Origin: a virus
Taxonomy: Duplodnaviria > Caudoviricetes
IMG/VR virus record: IMGVR_UViG_3300024232_000040
Coordinates: 1-37,748 of that record
Reading direction: 5' to 3' (one strand)
DNA length: 37,748 nucleotides
A program made the translations under genes and the position numbers. The notes under the pieces are model-generated. The model worked only from the letters and a program-made list of their open reading frames with translations. It ran no database searches and was not told where the DNA came from. Positions 25,471 to 35,237 of the stretch are shown piece by piece (position 1 is the first letter of the stretch; the number at the start of each line of letters is the position of its first letter).

Positions 25471-25874
25471 AAACTATCTCAAAACTTTTGCTCGCCGCGT
25501 CGGTGTTCGTCGCGCTCCTGCCGGGGCAGTTCGTCCCTCCCGGTCGTAAAAATTTTAAAATTACCATAGTTGCCGGGACTCCTCAGAGAGTTTCCGCGAC
25601 GCCGCTTGTCGTTGATCGCTACATCATCCAAATGGCCATCGGCGGTACCGGATCTGGCCTGATTTGCATAGTGCCGGTAGCGACAACCCCAGCAGCTTCT
25701 TGTGCGACGGCAGGGCAGCTTTCCGGGCAATTAGCACCAGCATCAGCGACGGCTCCGGGCGGGAGTTGGTCTGATGGAGTATCCAATTCGGGCGGATCGA
25801 TCAACCTCCAAACTGTTTGGATTGATGGGAGTAACTCCGGGGATGTAGTTATTGTCTCGGCGAACGTGAAATAA
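25467..25874 (+). CDS. signal-peptide-bearing beta-rich protein (virion-like)
   Basis: MKTISKLLLAASVFVALLPG-Q; G/S/T/A-rich body. Confidence 0.7.
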   Translation: MKTISKLLLAASVFVALLPGQFVPPGRKNFKITIVAGTPQRVSATPLVVDRYIIQMAIGGTGSGLICIVPVATTPAASCATAGQLSGQLAPASATAPGGSWSDGVSNSGGSINLQTVWIDGSNSGDVVIVSANVK

Positions 25875-25876
25875 AT

Positions 25877-26218
25877 ATGGAAAAAACAAATGGAATTATG
25901 TCCGGTGATGCAGTCTCCGAAGAGACCATGCAGCGCGCGGTGCCAATCTTCCCGAACACTGTCAGGCGAAGCGTGAAACGCGATCTCGACACCGTGGCGG
26001 CTGCGATGCTGGCTGCGATCCCCGAAGGCGACGACCTTGCGATGATGCTCGCGGGCGTCATGCAGGCGCACCATGCGTTCGTCTGTCCCGAGAACGAGCA
26101 TATGGCCTGGGCGAGCATGACGCAAACGCTACTCCAGCGGACTCAGATGTTCGGCAACGGCATCGCGTGGCCTGAATGGTTCCTTAAGGTCGCAGCGATC
26201 TTTCGCGGAGACGCATGA
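25877..26218 (+). CDS. hypothetical protein
   Basis: tightly packed, ATGA-coupled. Confidence 0.6.
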   Translation: MEKTNGIMSGDAVSEETMQRAVPIFPNTVRRSVKRDLDTVAAAMLAAIPEGDDLAMMLAGVMQAHHAFVCPENEHMAWASMTQTLLQRTQMFGNGIAWPEWFLKVAAIFRGDA

Positions 26219-26448
26219 TGGATTGTTCGGCCATCGAAACGAGCGACAAAATTCCGGTCGGCGATATGCTGTTTTTTTGCCTGCCGCCAAAGGACGTGGC
26301 GTTAGGGTCACTTCAGGAAGTACTCGATTGGTACGCAGAAAATCCAGGCAAATGCGTCGTCGTTAAGAACGCAGTGGTGAACATCCCGCCGCGATACGGT
26401 ATGTCGAATATGGTGCCCGGTTTCTTCCCGGAGTGGAAATTTAAATGA
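26215..26448 (+). CDS. hypothetical protein
   Basis: ATGA-coupled. Confidence 0.55.
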   Translation: MMDCSAIETSDKIPVGDMLFFCLPPKDVALGSLQEVLDWYAENPGKCVVVKNAVVNIPPRYGMSNMVPGFFPEWKFK

Positions 26449-26603
26449 GCGAGACGATCCAAGAAAAGGCTGACAGGGTTCTCGGGCCAGATAGACGAGA
26501 CATGCTCAGATTGCTCCACGCAATTGCGGACGGCAAGTGGACTCCGCAGGATGCGCGAGATTTGAAGGCGGCACAGCAGGCGCAGGAACCGACCAAACAA
26601 TGA
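26445..26603 (+). CDS. hypothetical protein
   Basis: MSETIQEKADRVLG..., ATGA-coupled on both sides. Confidence 0.5.
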   Translation: MSETIQEKADRVLGPDRRDMLRLLHAIADGKWTPQDARDLKAAQQAQEPTKQ

Positions 26604-26857
26604 GTGCGACCATCCATCCATCGAGTGTCATCCTTCGTTGTCCGAAGTGTGGCGTACCGATGACATGGGTCGGGCACACGGCGCAATGCGATTCCGAGAT
26701 TTGCGACGACTACGGGAAAATGTACAAGGTCGAGTTGCCAGCGCTCGACGTGAAGTTGACGCCGGAGCACTCGCACAATTGGCCGAACGGAACTCCGCGT
26801 TACGACGAGCATACCTGCCCGCAGTGTGTAGCTGAACGCAGCAAATCAGCAGAATAA
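26600..26857 (+). CDS. zinc-finger-like protein
   Basis: CPKC, CDSEIC, CPQC. Confidence 0.55.
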   Translation: MSATIHPSSVILRCPKCGVPMTWVGHTAQCDSEICDDYGKMYKVELPALDVKLTPEHSHNWPNGTPRYDEHTCPQCVAERSKSAE

Positions 26858-26863
26858 ATACCG

Positions 26864-29242
26864 TTGACGAAAAAAGAAATCCAGATCGCGAAGGAGAATA
26901 CGATTCTCATTGCGCGAGAGATCCTGCGCCGCCGCAGATTGGCCGAAGCCGAAACCTCGTTCAAGGCTTTCATTAAGCTGGCGTGGCCCATCGTTGAGCC
27001 GGGTAAGGATTTTGTTCCGGGATGGCACATCGATGCCATCGCGGATCACCTGGAGGCGGTTGCGAACGGCGAGATCAGGCAGTTGATTATCAACATGCCA
27101 CCGCGCCACATGAAAAGTACCCTTGTGGCCGTGATGTTCCCGGCTTGGGTTTGGATCACAAAGCCAGAAACGCAGTTTTTGTTCGCATCCTATGCGGAAT
27201 CGCTCAGCTTGCGCGATTCGCGGAAGTGCCGCAATCTGATCCGCTCACCATGGTATCAAAACGCTTGGAACTCAAAGTTCTCGATTGTCTCGGATCAGAA
27301 TGAGAAGCGGCGATTTGACAACGACAAGAAGGGCTATCGGCTCGCGACCTCCGTTGGCGGAGCGAACACCGGAGAGGGCGGCGACATAATCGTTTACGAC
27401 GATGCGAATAACATCAAGGAAATCAACAGCGCCCTGATCCGTGAAAGCGCAAACGACTGGCACGATCAAACGATGTCCACTCGTTTGAATAATCCGAAAA
27501 CCGGCGCACGTGTAAACATTCAGCAACGCGGCCACGAACAGGACATGACCGGTCACTTGCTTGAAAAGGGCGGATGGGAATTGCTGATCCTGCCTGCTGA
27601 GTATGAAGGCTCAAAAACGGTCACGTCGATTGGCTGGAGCGATCCGCGCAAGGAACCGGGAGAGCTTCTGTGGCCCGCGCAGTTTGGGCCGGACGAAATA
27701 AAGGCGCTCAAGGTCGATCTTGGCGAGATGGGAGCCGCTGGACAGTTGCAGCAGCGTCCGTCACCGGGCGAGGGCGCGATGTTCAAGCGCGAGTGGTTCA
27801 ACTACTGGAACCCGCCGACCGTGGACATTGATCCCACTACCCGCGAGTATCGACCGATTGCCGTGAAGAACCCCGGCAAGCCGCTGCTTTACAAAAAGCC
27901 GGTGCCGTTTCCGATTGCATTCGAGCAAATCCTGCTTAGCTGGGATTGCGCTTTCAAAGGAGAAAGCGATTCGGATTATGTCGCCGGTCACGTGTGGGGC
28001 CGGGTGGGAGCTAACTTCTACCTGATCGACCGTGAGCGCGACCGGATGGATTTTCCGACCACCGTCAAGCGCTTTCGCAAGCAGGCGGAAGAGTATCCGT
28101 GCCCGGAGAAGTTGATCGAAGATAAGGCCAATGGGCCTGCTGTTATTTCGACGCTGAAGAATGAAATCCCCGGCATCATCGCAATTGAACCGGACGGAGG
28201 CAAGATTGCGCGAGCGAACGCCATTGCGCCATACGTCGAATCGGGAAACGTTTACCTGCCAAACCCGGAGATTTATTCCTGGGTGGATGGTTACATCGAG
28301 GAGCACGCCAACTTCCCGCGCGGAAAGAACGACGACGACGTTGACGCTGGCAGTCAGGCCGTTCGAAGGCTTGCCGACTCGATGTCGAACACTGGAGTTC
28401 CAGAGTTCCGCGTTATGCCGCGCATCGGCGAACCAGACACAGCCTGCCACGTAGAACCAGACCTCAAGCTCCAACCACACTGGCGGCGCTGGATCGCCAT
28501 CGCTCCTGGCTCAACGGGAGCGGCGCTATGGATTTGCGAGACGCCAACGAAATCTCTCCGCGTGTACCGCGAGTTACCGCTTGAGGGCATGGACGCGCAT
28601 GAGGTCGGACGCCGGATCGCAGAGGCATCGATCCCCGATCTGCGGGAGTTTCTGCGAAGCATTCACTTCACTCAAAAGTGGAACATCGATGTGCTGATGG
28701 AAAAGGCGGCATTCGCGCCGGTCGAGCCAATTGGAAGTTACGCCGAACTAATGGAGCAAGGGATGCTGTCCTACGATCCCAACGTTGGGCAATTCGAAGA
28801 TCGCGTGAGCGTCCAGCAAGAATTGAAGGCCGCTAAATTCTCGGCGCAGATGGCGGAGCTTGAGGATGCGAGTTTTGACCGGCTTCGTGATCTGCTGCGA
28901 TTCAAGCCAGTCGATTACGAAGAGTTGACCTACGACAAAACGACCGCGTTCAAGCTGGCGGCGCAGGACATCAATCTCTATCAGCAGTACATGGCGGCAG
29001 TTCACGGGACGGTATCGGGCGAGTGGCCAAAGATCAAGTTCTCCGCCGACTGTAAGAACACTGTTTCGGCGCTCGGCGCGGTAAAACGGGATCAGGAAGT
29101 TGAGGACCCGTTCATTCGAGCGCTTCTCATTGGAATCTCAGCACCGCCAAGCGTCATGACGCAGAAGCCTTTGAAGCTAAGTCCTGGCATGAAGCCGGAT
29201 GCTGGCAGAATTACACGCCGCTTCGCGAGAGGAGGTCGATAA
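26864..29242 (+). CDS. terL: terminase large subunit with a ~290-aa C-terminal extension
   Basis: INMPPRHMKS (Walker A), IIVYDD (Walker B), LQQRP, SWDCAFK, IEDKANG, FPRGKNDDDVDA. Confidence 0.95.
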   Translation: MTKKEIQIAKENTILIAREILRRRRLAEAETSFKAFIKLAWPIVEPGKDFVPGWHIDAIADHLEAVANGEIRQLIINMPPRHMKSTLVAVMFPAWVWITKPETQFLFASYAESLSLRDSRKCRNLIRSPWYQNAWNSKFSIVSDQNEKRRFDNDKKGYRLATSVGGANTGEGGDIIVYDDANNIKEINSALIRESANDWHDQTMSTRLNNPKTGARVNIQQRGHEQDMTGHLLEKGGWELLILPAEYEGSKTVTSIGWSDPRKEPGELLWPAQFGPDEIKALKVDLGEMGAAGQLQQRPSPGEGAMFKREWFNYWNPPTVDIDPTTREYRPIAVKNPGKPLLYKKPVPFPIAFEQILLSWDCAFKGESDSDYVAGHVWGRVGANFYLIDRERDRMDFPTTVKRFRKQAEEYPCPEKLIEDKANGPAVISTLKNEIPGIIAIEPDGGKIARANAIAPYVESGNVYLPNPEIYSWVDGYIEEHANFPRGKNDDDVDAGSQAVRRLADSMSNTGVPEFRVMPRIGEPDTACHVEPDLKLQPHWRRWIAIAPGSTGAALWICETPTKSLRVYRELPLEGMDAHEVGRRIAEASIPDLREFLRSIHFTQKWNIDVLMEKAAFAPVEPIGSYAELMEQGMLSYDPNVGQFEDRVSVQQELKAAKFSAQMAELEDASFDRLRDLLRFKPVDYEELTYDKTTAFKLAAQDINLYQQYMAAVHGTVSGEWPKIKFSADCKNTVSALGAVKRDQEVEDPFIRALLIGISAPPSVMTQKPLKLSPGMKPDAGRITRRFARGGR

Positions 29243-29593
29243 ATGAGTTTTACGCCGCCGCCAGCAAACCAATTGGTAAATTTCGTCGCAGCTTCGCGCA
29301 AGTCGCGGCTGATCCCATCAGGTTATTTTTCGCCAAACGACTCAACCAATTGGATTTGGGATATTTCAAGCAGTGGCGGCGGCATCCCAAACCCGGTTAC
29401 TCCGACCGGAGCGATTGACGGAGTGAATGCGGTTTTTGTATCGCCGACAGCACCAACGGTTGGGCTTGCCGTTTTTCGTAACGGCATCCTTCAAGACCCA
29501 GCGCTTTCATATACGCTTGTCGGAAGCACGATCACCTTCAACGCGGCGAACATTCCCCAGGTCGGCGACGATCTTATGGTGCTCGTAGACTAA
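29243..29593 (+). CDS. virion structural/adhesion-type protein
   Basis: PTGAIDGVNAVF...VFRNGILQ...YTLVGSTITF...PQVGD motif. Confidence 0.65.
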   Translation: MSFTPPPANQLVNFVAASRKSRLIPSGYFSPNDSTNWIWDISSSGGGIPNPVTPTGAIDGVNAVFVSPTAPTVGLAVFRNGILQDPALSYTLVGSTITFNAANIPQVGDDLMVLVD

Positions 29594-30777
29594 TGAAGGC
29601 GATCATCTTTTTGATTTGCGCCGTTGCTGCGATAGCGCAACAGGTTAATCCCCTTCAGGTACGCGGATTTTCAATCCAGATCACGAACGATGCCGGGGGA
29701 ACGACGCTCAACCAACTGGCGAAGATAAACAGCGCCGGTCATGCGATCAAGACCGGTACGGGCGACACAGCGGTACCCGTTTTTCTTGTGATTTATAATG
29801 CTGGAACTTCAGGTTTAGCTTCCCTCGGAGTTGGTGGTAAGTTTTCCTGTCAGATGGATGCGGGCGGGGCCGTCATTGGACATTTTATCGTCAACTCGAC
29901 CGCGACGGCAGGCCGTTGTATGGACGCTGGCGCGACGGCTCCCACGACTGGTTGGGTGATCGGTATCGCGCAGACCACAGCGGGCGCAAATTCTCTCTCT
30001 CAGATCTTCCTGTTCGAAGGGTACAATGCGGCGGCGAGTAGCACTGCCATCGTTCCCTATACGCTTTGCTCGACATGTGCAGGGCCGCATGGTGCGGTAG
30101 TTCCCGCCAGCGGGACGACGATCACAGCAGCTACTCACGGGCAGGGTCCGGGAGCGGTTATCTCGTGCTGGGACGGCGCAACGCCGCACAACTGGGTATC
30201 GTGCGGTGCTGCCAATTCAGCGGCGAGCCCCCTTGTGGCCGGTGACGTGACAATCACCTATGCGGTGGCTCCCGCGTATGCAATGATTTGGGCTCCCGGA
30301 ACCAGCGGCGGAGGCGGAGGGGGCGGCGGTACATGCGCTGGGACTGGATTTCAGATTTTAACGGCTGGCGGCTGCGGTTCGACGGCAGTGCTTACGTCGG
30401 GCGATTCATCGATCCTGATAACGAATCCAGACGCACAGGCTGGCAATCCATCTATCACGGTTAGCACGGCCAGGATTCAATCTCGGGCCAACGCGCAATC
30501 GTGTGGGTCAATTTGCCTCACGGAAACATCGGCGAGCGGCGTAACGTATACGGCGACGATGAATCCGACGCTCACGGCTTACTCAGCCGGGATGACGGTC
30601 AACTGGATCGTGGTTACAGCGGTCACAGGCGGCGCGACGACAATCAACATCGACACACTTGGGGCGAAGTCGATAAAGCTGAAGGACGGAACCACGAATC
30701 CATCGGCGATTGCAGCAGGGACGCCGCTCATGCTGGTGTACGACGGGACGCTTTTTAGAATCTGGGCAGGAGTTTGA
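29593..30777 (+). CDS. tail-fibre/decoration-like protein with an N-terminal signal peptide
   Basis: MKAIIFLICAVAAIA-QQ; poly-Gly linker; C-terminal LTAYSAGM...TINIDTLGAKSI...LVYDGTLF. Confidence 0.7.
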   Translation: MKAIIFLICAVAAIAQQVNPLQVRGFSIQITNDAGGTTLNQLAKINSAGHAIKTGTGDTAVPVFLVIYNAGTSGLASLGVGGKFSCQMDAGGAVIGHFIVNSTATAGRCMDAGATAPTTGWVIGIAQTTAGANSLSQIFLFEGYNAAASSTAIVPYTLCSTCAGPHGAVVPASGTTITAATHGQGPGAVISCWDGATPHNWVSCGAANSAASPLVAGDVTITYAVAPAYAMIWAPGTSGGGGGGGGTCAGTGFQILTAGGCGSTAVLTSGDSSILITNPDAQAGNPSITVSTARIQSRANAQSCGSICLTETSASGVTYTATMNPTLTAYSAGMTVNWIVVTAVTGGATTINIDTLGAKSIKLKDGTTNPSAIAAGTPLMLVYDGTLFRIWAGV

Positions 30778-30792
30778 AAAAGGAGACTTTTT

Positions 30793-31170
30793 ATGGCAAC
30801 AAGGATGCCCCCGCCGGGCGCGAAACCATCTCTCGTGATCGCAGTAGGGGCAAAGCCACCGGGCGGCGGCAAAGAGCCAGCACCGAAGCCACCTGCCGCT
30901 GCTCCTCCGGACGCGCCAGAGGACGAAGCGAGCGAGAAGATGCCGCCAGAAAAGGCGATGGTTATTCGCGATGATCAACGCTGCTCGAACTGCGAAAACT
31001 ATCACGCAGAAGATGGCTCTTGCGAGGAAGTCGAGGGGCAGTTTAGTCCGACCGATGCGTGTTTTGTGTTTTACAGCCCAATGGACGCAGATGAAGACGA
31101 TGCGGGCGCGGAAGGGGGAGCGGAACCACAGGCTACTCCAGAAGATGCTTCCATGAACGCCCAGCCATAA
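30793..31170 (+). CDS. HiPIP-like four-Cys motif protein
   Basis: AAGGAG RBS; QRCSNCENY...SCEEVEGQFSPTDACFVFY. Confidence 0.6.
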   Translation: MATRMPPPGAKPSLVIAVGAKPPGGGKEPAPKPPAAAPPDAPEDEASEKMPPEKAMVIRDDQRCSNCENYHAEDGSCEEVEGQFSPTDACFVFYSPMDADEDDAGAEGGAEPQATPEDASMNAQP

Positions 31171-31669
31171 TGTGAGAGATGGTGGGCTTGGAAACTCCGA
31201 ACATAGTAGCCAGTTTGGAAATAGAAATCTTTCCCCGCAGGGATCGTATTTTGATTACTTTTTCTGCCGTTAACACAGTCCACGATAACTGTTCTCCACG
31301 TTTTATCGTTTCCGGTTTTAATCTCCAATGATGCCGGTCTCCGCTGCACGTCCTGCCCTTTTCGGCAGCGTCCTGCCCGTTCTCCCTATATCGTCCAAGA
31401 AAGAAATGCTCAGGGTTGCAGCAAATTGGGTTATCGCATTTATGGCAGATAAAAGACGATCCTGGATCTGCGCCATATTCCAGGAAGAACGCGATTCTGA
31501 TCGCGCGATATGATCTATGTTTCATGCTAAAACATCCATATCCTTGGCCTTGCCGCCCACGAAGCCATGGCCAGCATTCGCCTTCTCCTCGAATATCGAC
31601 ATAGCTCCAAAAGCGAGCGGCATACTCCTCTACGAAGGAAGGAATTGGTATAGAATTAAGTCGCGGCAC
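31133..31669 (-). CDS. HNH homing endonuclease with C-terminal HTH
   Basis: RFWSYVD...CWPW...GYG...ICHKCDNPICCNPEHFFLG...LATMFGVS. Confidence 0.9.
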   Translation of the reverse strand: MPRLNSIPIPSFVEEYAARFWSYVDIRGEGECWPWLRGRQGQGYGCFSMKHRSYRAIRIAFFLEYGADPGSSFICHKCDNPICCNPEHFFLGRYRENGQDAAEKGRTCSGDRHHWRLKPETIKRGEQLSWTVLTAEKVIKIRSLRGKISISKLATMFGVSKPTISHIMAGRSWKHLLE

Positions 31670-31752
31670 GTTGCCTCCTTAACAGGCGATGTGAATGGGT
31701 GCAGGCGGCGTTTGAAGCACCGCCTGCACCTGCCAATCTTACCATAGAAAAA

Positions 31753-32256
31753 ATGTGGCCCTGGTCTAAAATTCGCATACTGGAAGCTGAGCTAAGCGAC
31801 GCCCGCAGTGGACTCTCCGACGCCAACGAAACGGCGCAATCTCTCGCCACGGACCTCGAACAAGCGCAGCTTGAGCTAAAAACCGAGCACACGCTGCGTA
31901 TCTCAGCAGAAGCTATCGCCGCCGAACGGTTGGCTCAAGTCACCAAGGCTTACGAGTTCGCCCTACGCGCGGAAAACGCACGCGACGAGGCCGTCAAGGG
32001 CCGGATGGCATCGCTCGACCTGATGAACACCAAGTTCCTTGGGATGATGGCCCCCGAGCAACCGCCGACGAACCTCAAAGAGTTCTCGACAAACATGCAA
32101 CAGTTGCCGAATCGTAAGAACGGCGTCGGCGCATCGCGCGCAGCAGACCTGAAATTCGTCGCAGATATGATCGCCAAGAGCAAGAAGACTGAACCGAAAA
32201 TCACGCCCACCGATGGCGTCATCGAAGATGCAGGACCGACCGTAGCCGCCGTCTAA
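31753..32256 (+). CDS. coiled-coil protein upstream of portal
   Basis: MWPWSKIR...; abuts the portal start. Confidence 0.6.
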   Translation: MWPWSKIRILEAELSDARSGLSDANETAQSLATDLEQAQLELKTEHTLRISAEAIAAERLAQVTKAYEFALRAENARDEAVKGRMASLDLMNTKFLGMMAPEQPPTNLKEFSTNMQQLPNRKNGVGASRAADLKFVADMIAKSKKTEPKITPTDGVIEDAGPTVAAV

Positions 32257-32257
32257 A

Positions 32258-34699
32258 ATGGAACCCTTAGCACCAGCAGCGCCAGCGCCGACCACTGAGG
32301 AAATCATTGCCAAGTGTGGCAAGTTCATCACGGACGTAATGCGTTCCGAGATGTCGGATGAAATTGACCCGGATCGCATCTACATCCTGCGGCAAGTTCA
32401 CAAAAACTATCTCTACTACCGCGCGTTGCAGTACTTCGCACCATCAATTTATCAGGGGATCGTTGATGCGACCGGAGTCAATGGTTCCTACGTGCCGGAT
32501 CAGGACGGATTTGGGGCCTACGACTACAACCAGAACATCTATCGTGGGTATTCGCGCAAGTTTGAGGCGGTCCTCGGCAATCGGATGCCGAACGCAATCG
32601 CGGTCCCCGACAATCAGTCCGATCAGGAGTCGGCGAAGGCTACGCGGTCGGCAAATAATGCCGCATTGTACTTCCGGCAGAGTTGCAATCTCGAATTACA
32701 GATCCTCTACCTAACTTTTGGCCTGTTCAACTTCGGGACGAACTTCTGGCACATCGATTACGTCTTTGACGGCGAAAAATACGGCTACAAGACACCGGAC
32801 ATTCTCAGCACCGGGCAAGCTCCGCTTGGAAACGCTTCATTTAACTGCCCGAATTGCGGCAACGCGAACGATGCGGACGCGGAAAACCCAACGCCGCCTT
32901 CGAACGGGTGCGCATCTTGCGGTCAGCCGCTGAACGAGACGCATTATCAGCCGCCGACGATGGCGGACATCCCAACTTCGCAGCCGGGAGAGCCTCAACC
33001 GAACGGCGCGCTTGAGATTTCTCTTCACGATGCCAGCGAGGTAGACGTACCGCTCGACGCGACGTGCATCAACGACTGCCCATGGCTGGTCTGGTCGCGC
33101 GAAAAGCACAAATTCGTGCTGATGAAGAAATACGGCGACAAGATCAAGGACTCAGCCGGAACCGACATGGGGATCGGCGAAGGAGAAAACGTCTGTACGC
33201 AGTATGCGGAAAATATCCGTTCCGCGATGGCAAGCCCAATCGGACTAGTTCGCAGTAAGCGAGCAAACCGGTGGACGGAGCGGTTTACTTGGTGGACTCC
33301 GGCGATGTTCGAAGGCATCGAGGACAAAGAAGCCAAGCAGATGATGAAGGACAATTTCCCGACCGGCGTGAAAATCACGGCGGTTCGCGGAAACATCATC
33401 GACATGGAGGAGCAGAAGCTCACCGACCGCTGGCAGGAAGTAAAGCCGGAACCAGCCAAGCGCATCATGGCTGATCCATTGGGCAACGACTGGATTGAGG
33501 CGCAGGATCTCACCACGAACATGCTCAACCAACGCAACGAGATCATTGAGCGCTCGAATGAGCCCGGATTCGGCGATCCAACGCGCATCGATTTCGACGC
33601 ATGGCAGCGGCGTAGAGCGATTGGAGCCGATTTATTCCCGGCGCTGAAACCCGCTGGCGGAAGCCTGAGCGACATTATCTATCGTCCGCCGACCGTGCAG
33701 TTTTCCGATCAAATCGCGCCCTTCTCGATGGAGATTGAACAGCGCGCGCAAAATGTAAGCGGACTCGGTGAGGCAATCTGGGGCGGCGGGGACGCCGAAG
33801 AGCCCACTGCGCGTCAGGCAGAGTTGAAGAAAAACGCGGCATTGATGCAGTTGGGCGTGCCGTGGAAGATGATGGGCAAGAGTTTGGAGGCGGTTTACCT
33901 AAAGGCTTGCCGGTTACTTGGTGAGTACGCGGAGGGGGTGATCAATTTCACCCAGAAGAATCAGTTTGGTCGATATGACGATATGGTCGTCGTAATGGAT
34001 GACCTAAAGCATGGTAAATATCACTTCGATTTTGATGAGGCAATCCCTCTAACTTATGGACAACAAAGGGACTTGTTGATGTGGATGCTCGACAAGCCGA
34101 AGGAGCTTTTAGATCTTTGGGGCTTCAACGATGTTCTAAACATCTTCACTTTCAAGCAACTGCTCGGAATGCCCGGTGAGAGAACGCCGCATCTCGATGA
34201 TAGAGACAAAGGCATGGATGTAATCGACAAGCTTCTTTCTGAGAAGCCGGTTCCCGGCCAGCCCAATCCAGATGGTTCGCCGGGTCAACAGCAAGCTTCG
34301 ATCCAGCCCGACTGGGAAGACGACAAAGATTTCATGGCGAAGCTGGTAAAGGCGTTTCTGATCGTCAATTCTCCATTGAAGCAATCGCACCCAGACGGAT
34401 ATCAAAATTGCGTCCTCTACGGTCAGGCTTGCGAAGCCGCTGCCAATACGCCCGCGCCTCCTCCGCCACCCAAGACCTCGGTTGCGCTTAGTGTCAAAGG
34501 TTCTGAGTTGGGAAGTGACGCGATCCAAGCATCACTGGATAAGCTCGGCATTATCCCAGATGGCGTTAAGGTGGCTCCGATCACTCCTCCATTGAAGCCG
34601 GGGGAGATAAATCCGGCAACTGGCCAGCAGGTCCCGATGGCTCCGCCTTCTCCGTTGATGCCACAGCCTCCCGTCGAGCCACCGGGGGCCGTGCAGTGA
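32258..34699 (+). CDS. portal protein (long, P22-like type) with a CxxC-CxxC insertion
   Basis: 813 aa between terL and scaffold; YNQNIYR...P, QNVSGL..GG...PTA..A; Pro/Gln-rich tail. Confidence 0.75.
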   Translation: MEPLAPAAPAPTTEEIIAKCGKFITDVMRSEMSDEIDPDRIYILRQVHKNYLYYRALQYFAPSIYQGIVDATGVNGSYVPDQDGFGAYDYNQNIYRGYSRKFEAVLGNRMPNAIAVPDNQSDQESAKATRSANNAALYFRQSCNLELQILYLTFGLFNFGTNFWHIDYVFDGEKYGYKTPDILSTGQAPLGNASFNCPNCGNANDADAENPTPPSNGCASCGQPLNETHYQPPTMADIPTSQPGEPQPNGALEISLHDASEVDVPLDATCINDCPWLVWSREKHKFVLMKKYGDKIKDSAGTDMGIGEGENVCTQYAENIRSAMASPIGLVRSKRANRWTERFTWWTPAMFEGIEDKEAKQMMKDNFPTGVKITAVRGNIIDMEEQKLTDRWQEVKPEPAKRIMADPLGNDWIEAQDLTTNMLNQRNEIIERSNEPGFGDPTRIDFDAWQRRRAIGADLFPALKPAGGSLSDIIYRPPTVQFSDQIAPFSMEIEQRAQNVSGLGEAIWGGGDAEEPTARQAELKKNAALMQLGVPWKMMGKSLEAVYLKACRLLGEYAEGVINFTQKNQFGRYDDMVVVMDDLKHGKYHFDFDEAIPLTYGQQRDLLMWMLDKPKELLDLWGFNDVLNIFTFKQLLGMPGERTPHLDDRDKGMDVIDKLLSEKPVPGQPNPDGSPGQQQASIQPDWEDDKDFMAKLVKAFLIVNSPLKQSHPDGYQNCVLYGQACEAAANTPAPPPPPKTSVALSVKGSELGSDAIQASLDKLGIIPDGVKVAPITPPLKPGEINPATGQQVPMAPPSPLMPQPPVEPPGAVQ

Positions 34700-34890
34700 G
34701 TCCACGCTCTTTTCGGCGGAGGTACGTTCGTCTCTGTTGAGCCTTTTTCATCGCTGGATTGCGCGTCTCAGTTGCGCGCGTTCTCGCACGTTTGCACTTT
34801 CTGCAGTAGCGATACCCTTTGCGATCATAGGCGGTGTTTTGCTCGGTAAATTCATGACCGGCATCACAATCGGTTTGTCCGCGCACCCAG
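34696..34890 (-). pseudogene. C-terminal zinc-finger fragment of an HNH-type endonuclease
   Basis: TDCDAGHEFTEQNT...YRYCRKC with no HNH core or convincing start. Confidence 0.5.
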
Positions 34891-35237
34891 CAAGCGCACT
34901 GACCGTTGATGATTTGAACGACGAACAAATCGCCGCTGTTACGAAGATCTGGGCCTATGCGGTCGCGAAGCGCTACGGCGTCACCCTCGCATCGTACCAC
35001 CCTGAGCGATTCGCATTACATAGCGAAAGGACCGACAAATGACTGTCCACGATAGCAAAAAGCAGGTTGCGGGATGGCCGTCGAAGAGATTCGAAAGAGA
35101 AAAAACTTTTCAAGAGAAAGAGCGGCAAACCTTAGCCACTCAGCAACTAATAGAAAATCTTTCTCGGATTAAGGAAATCAGTGAAAGGCTAGCAGCCATG
35201 TTGGGCGAATAACGTAACAAATAAGCTATGGCCCGCG

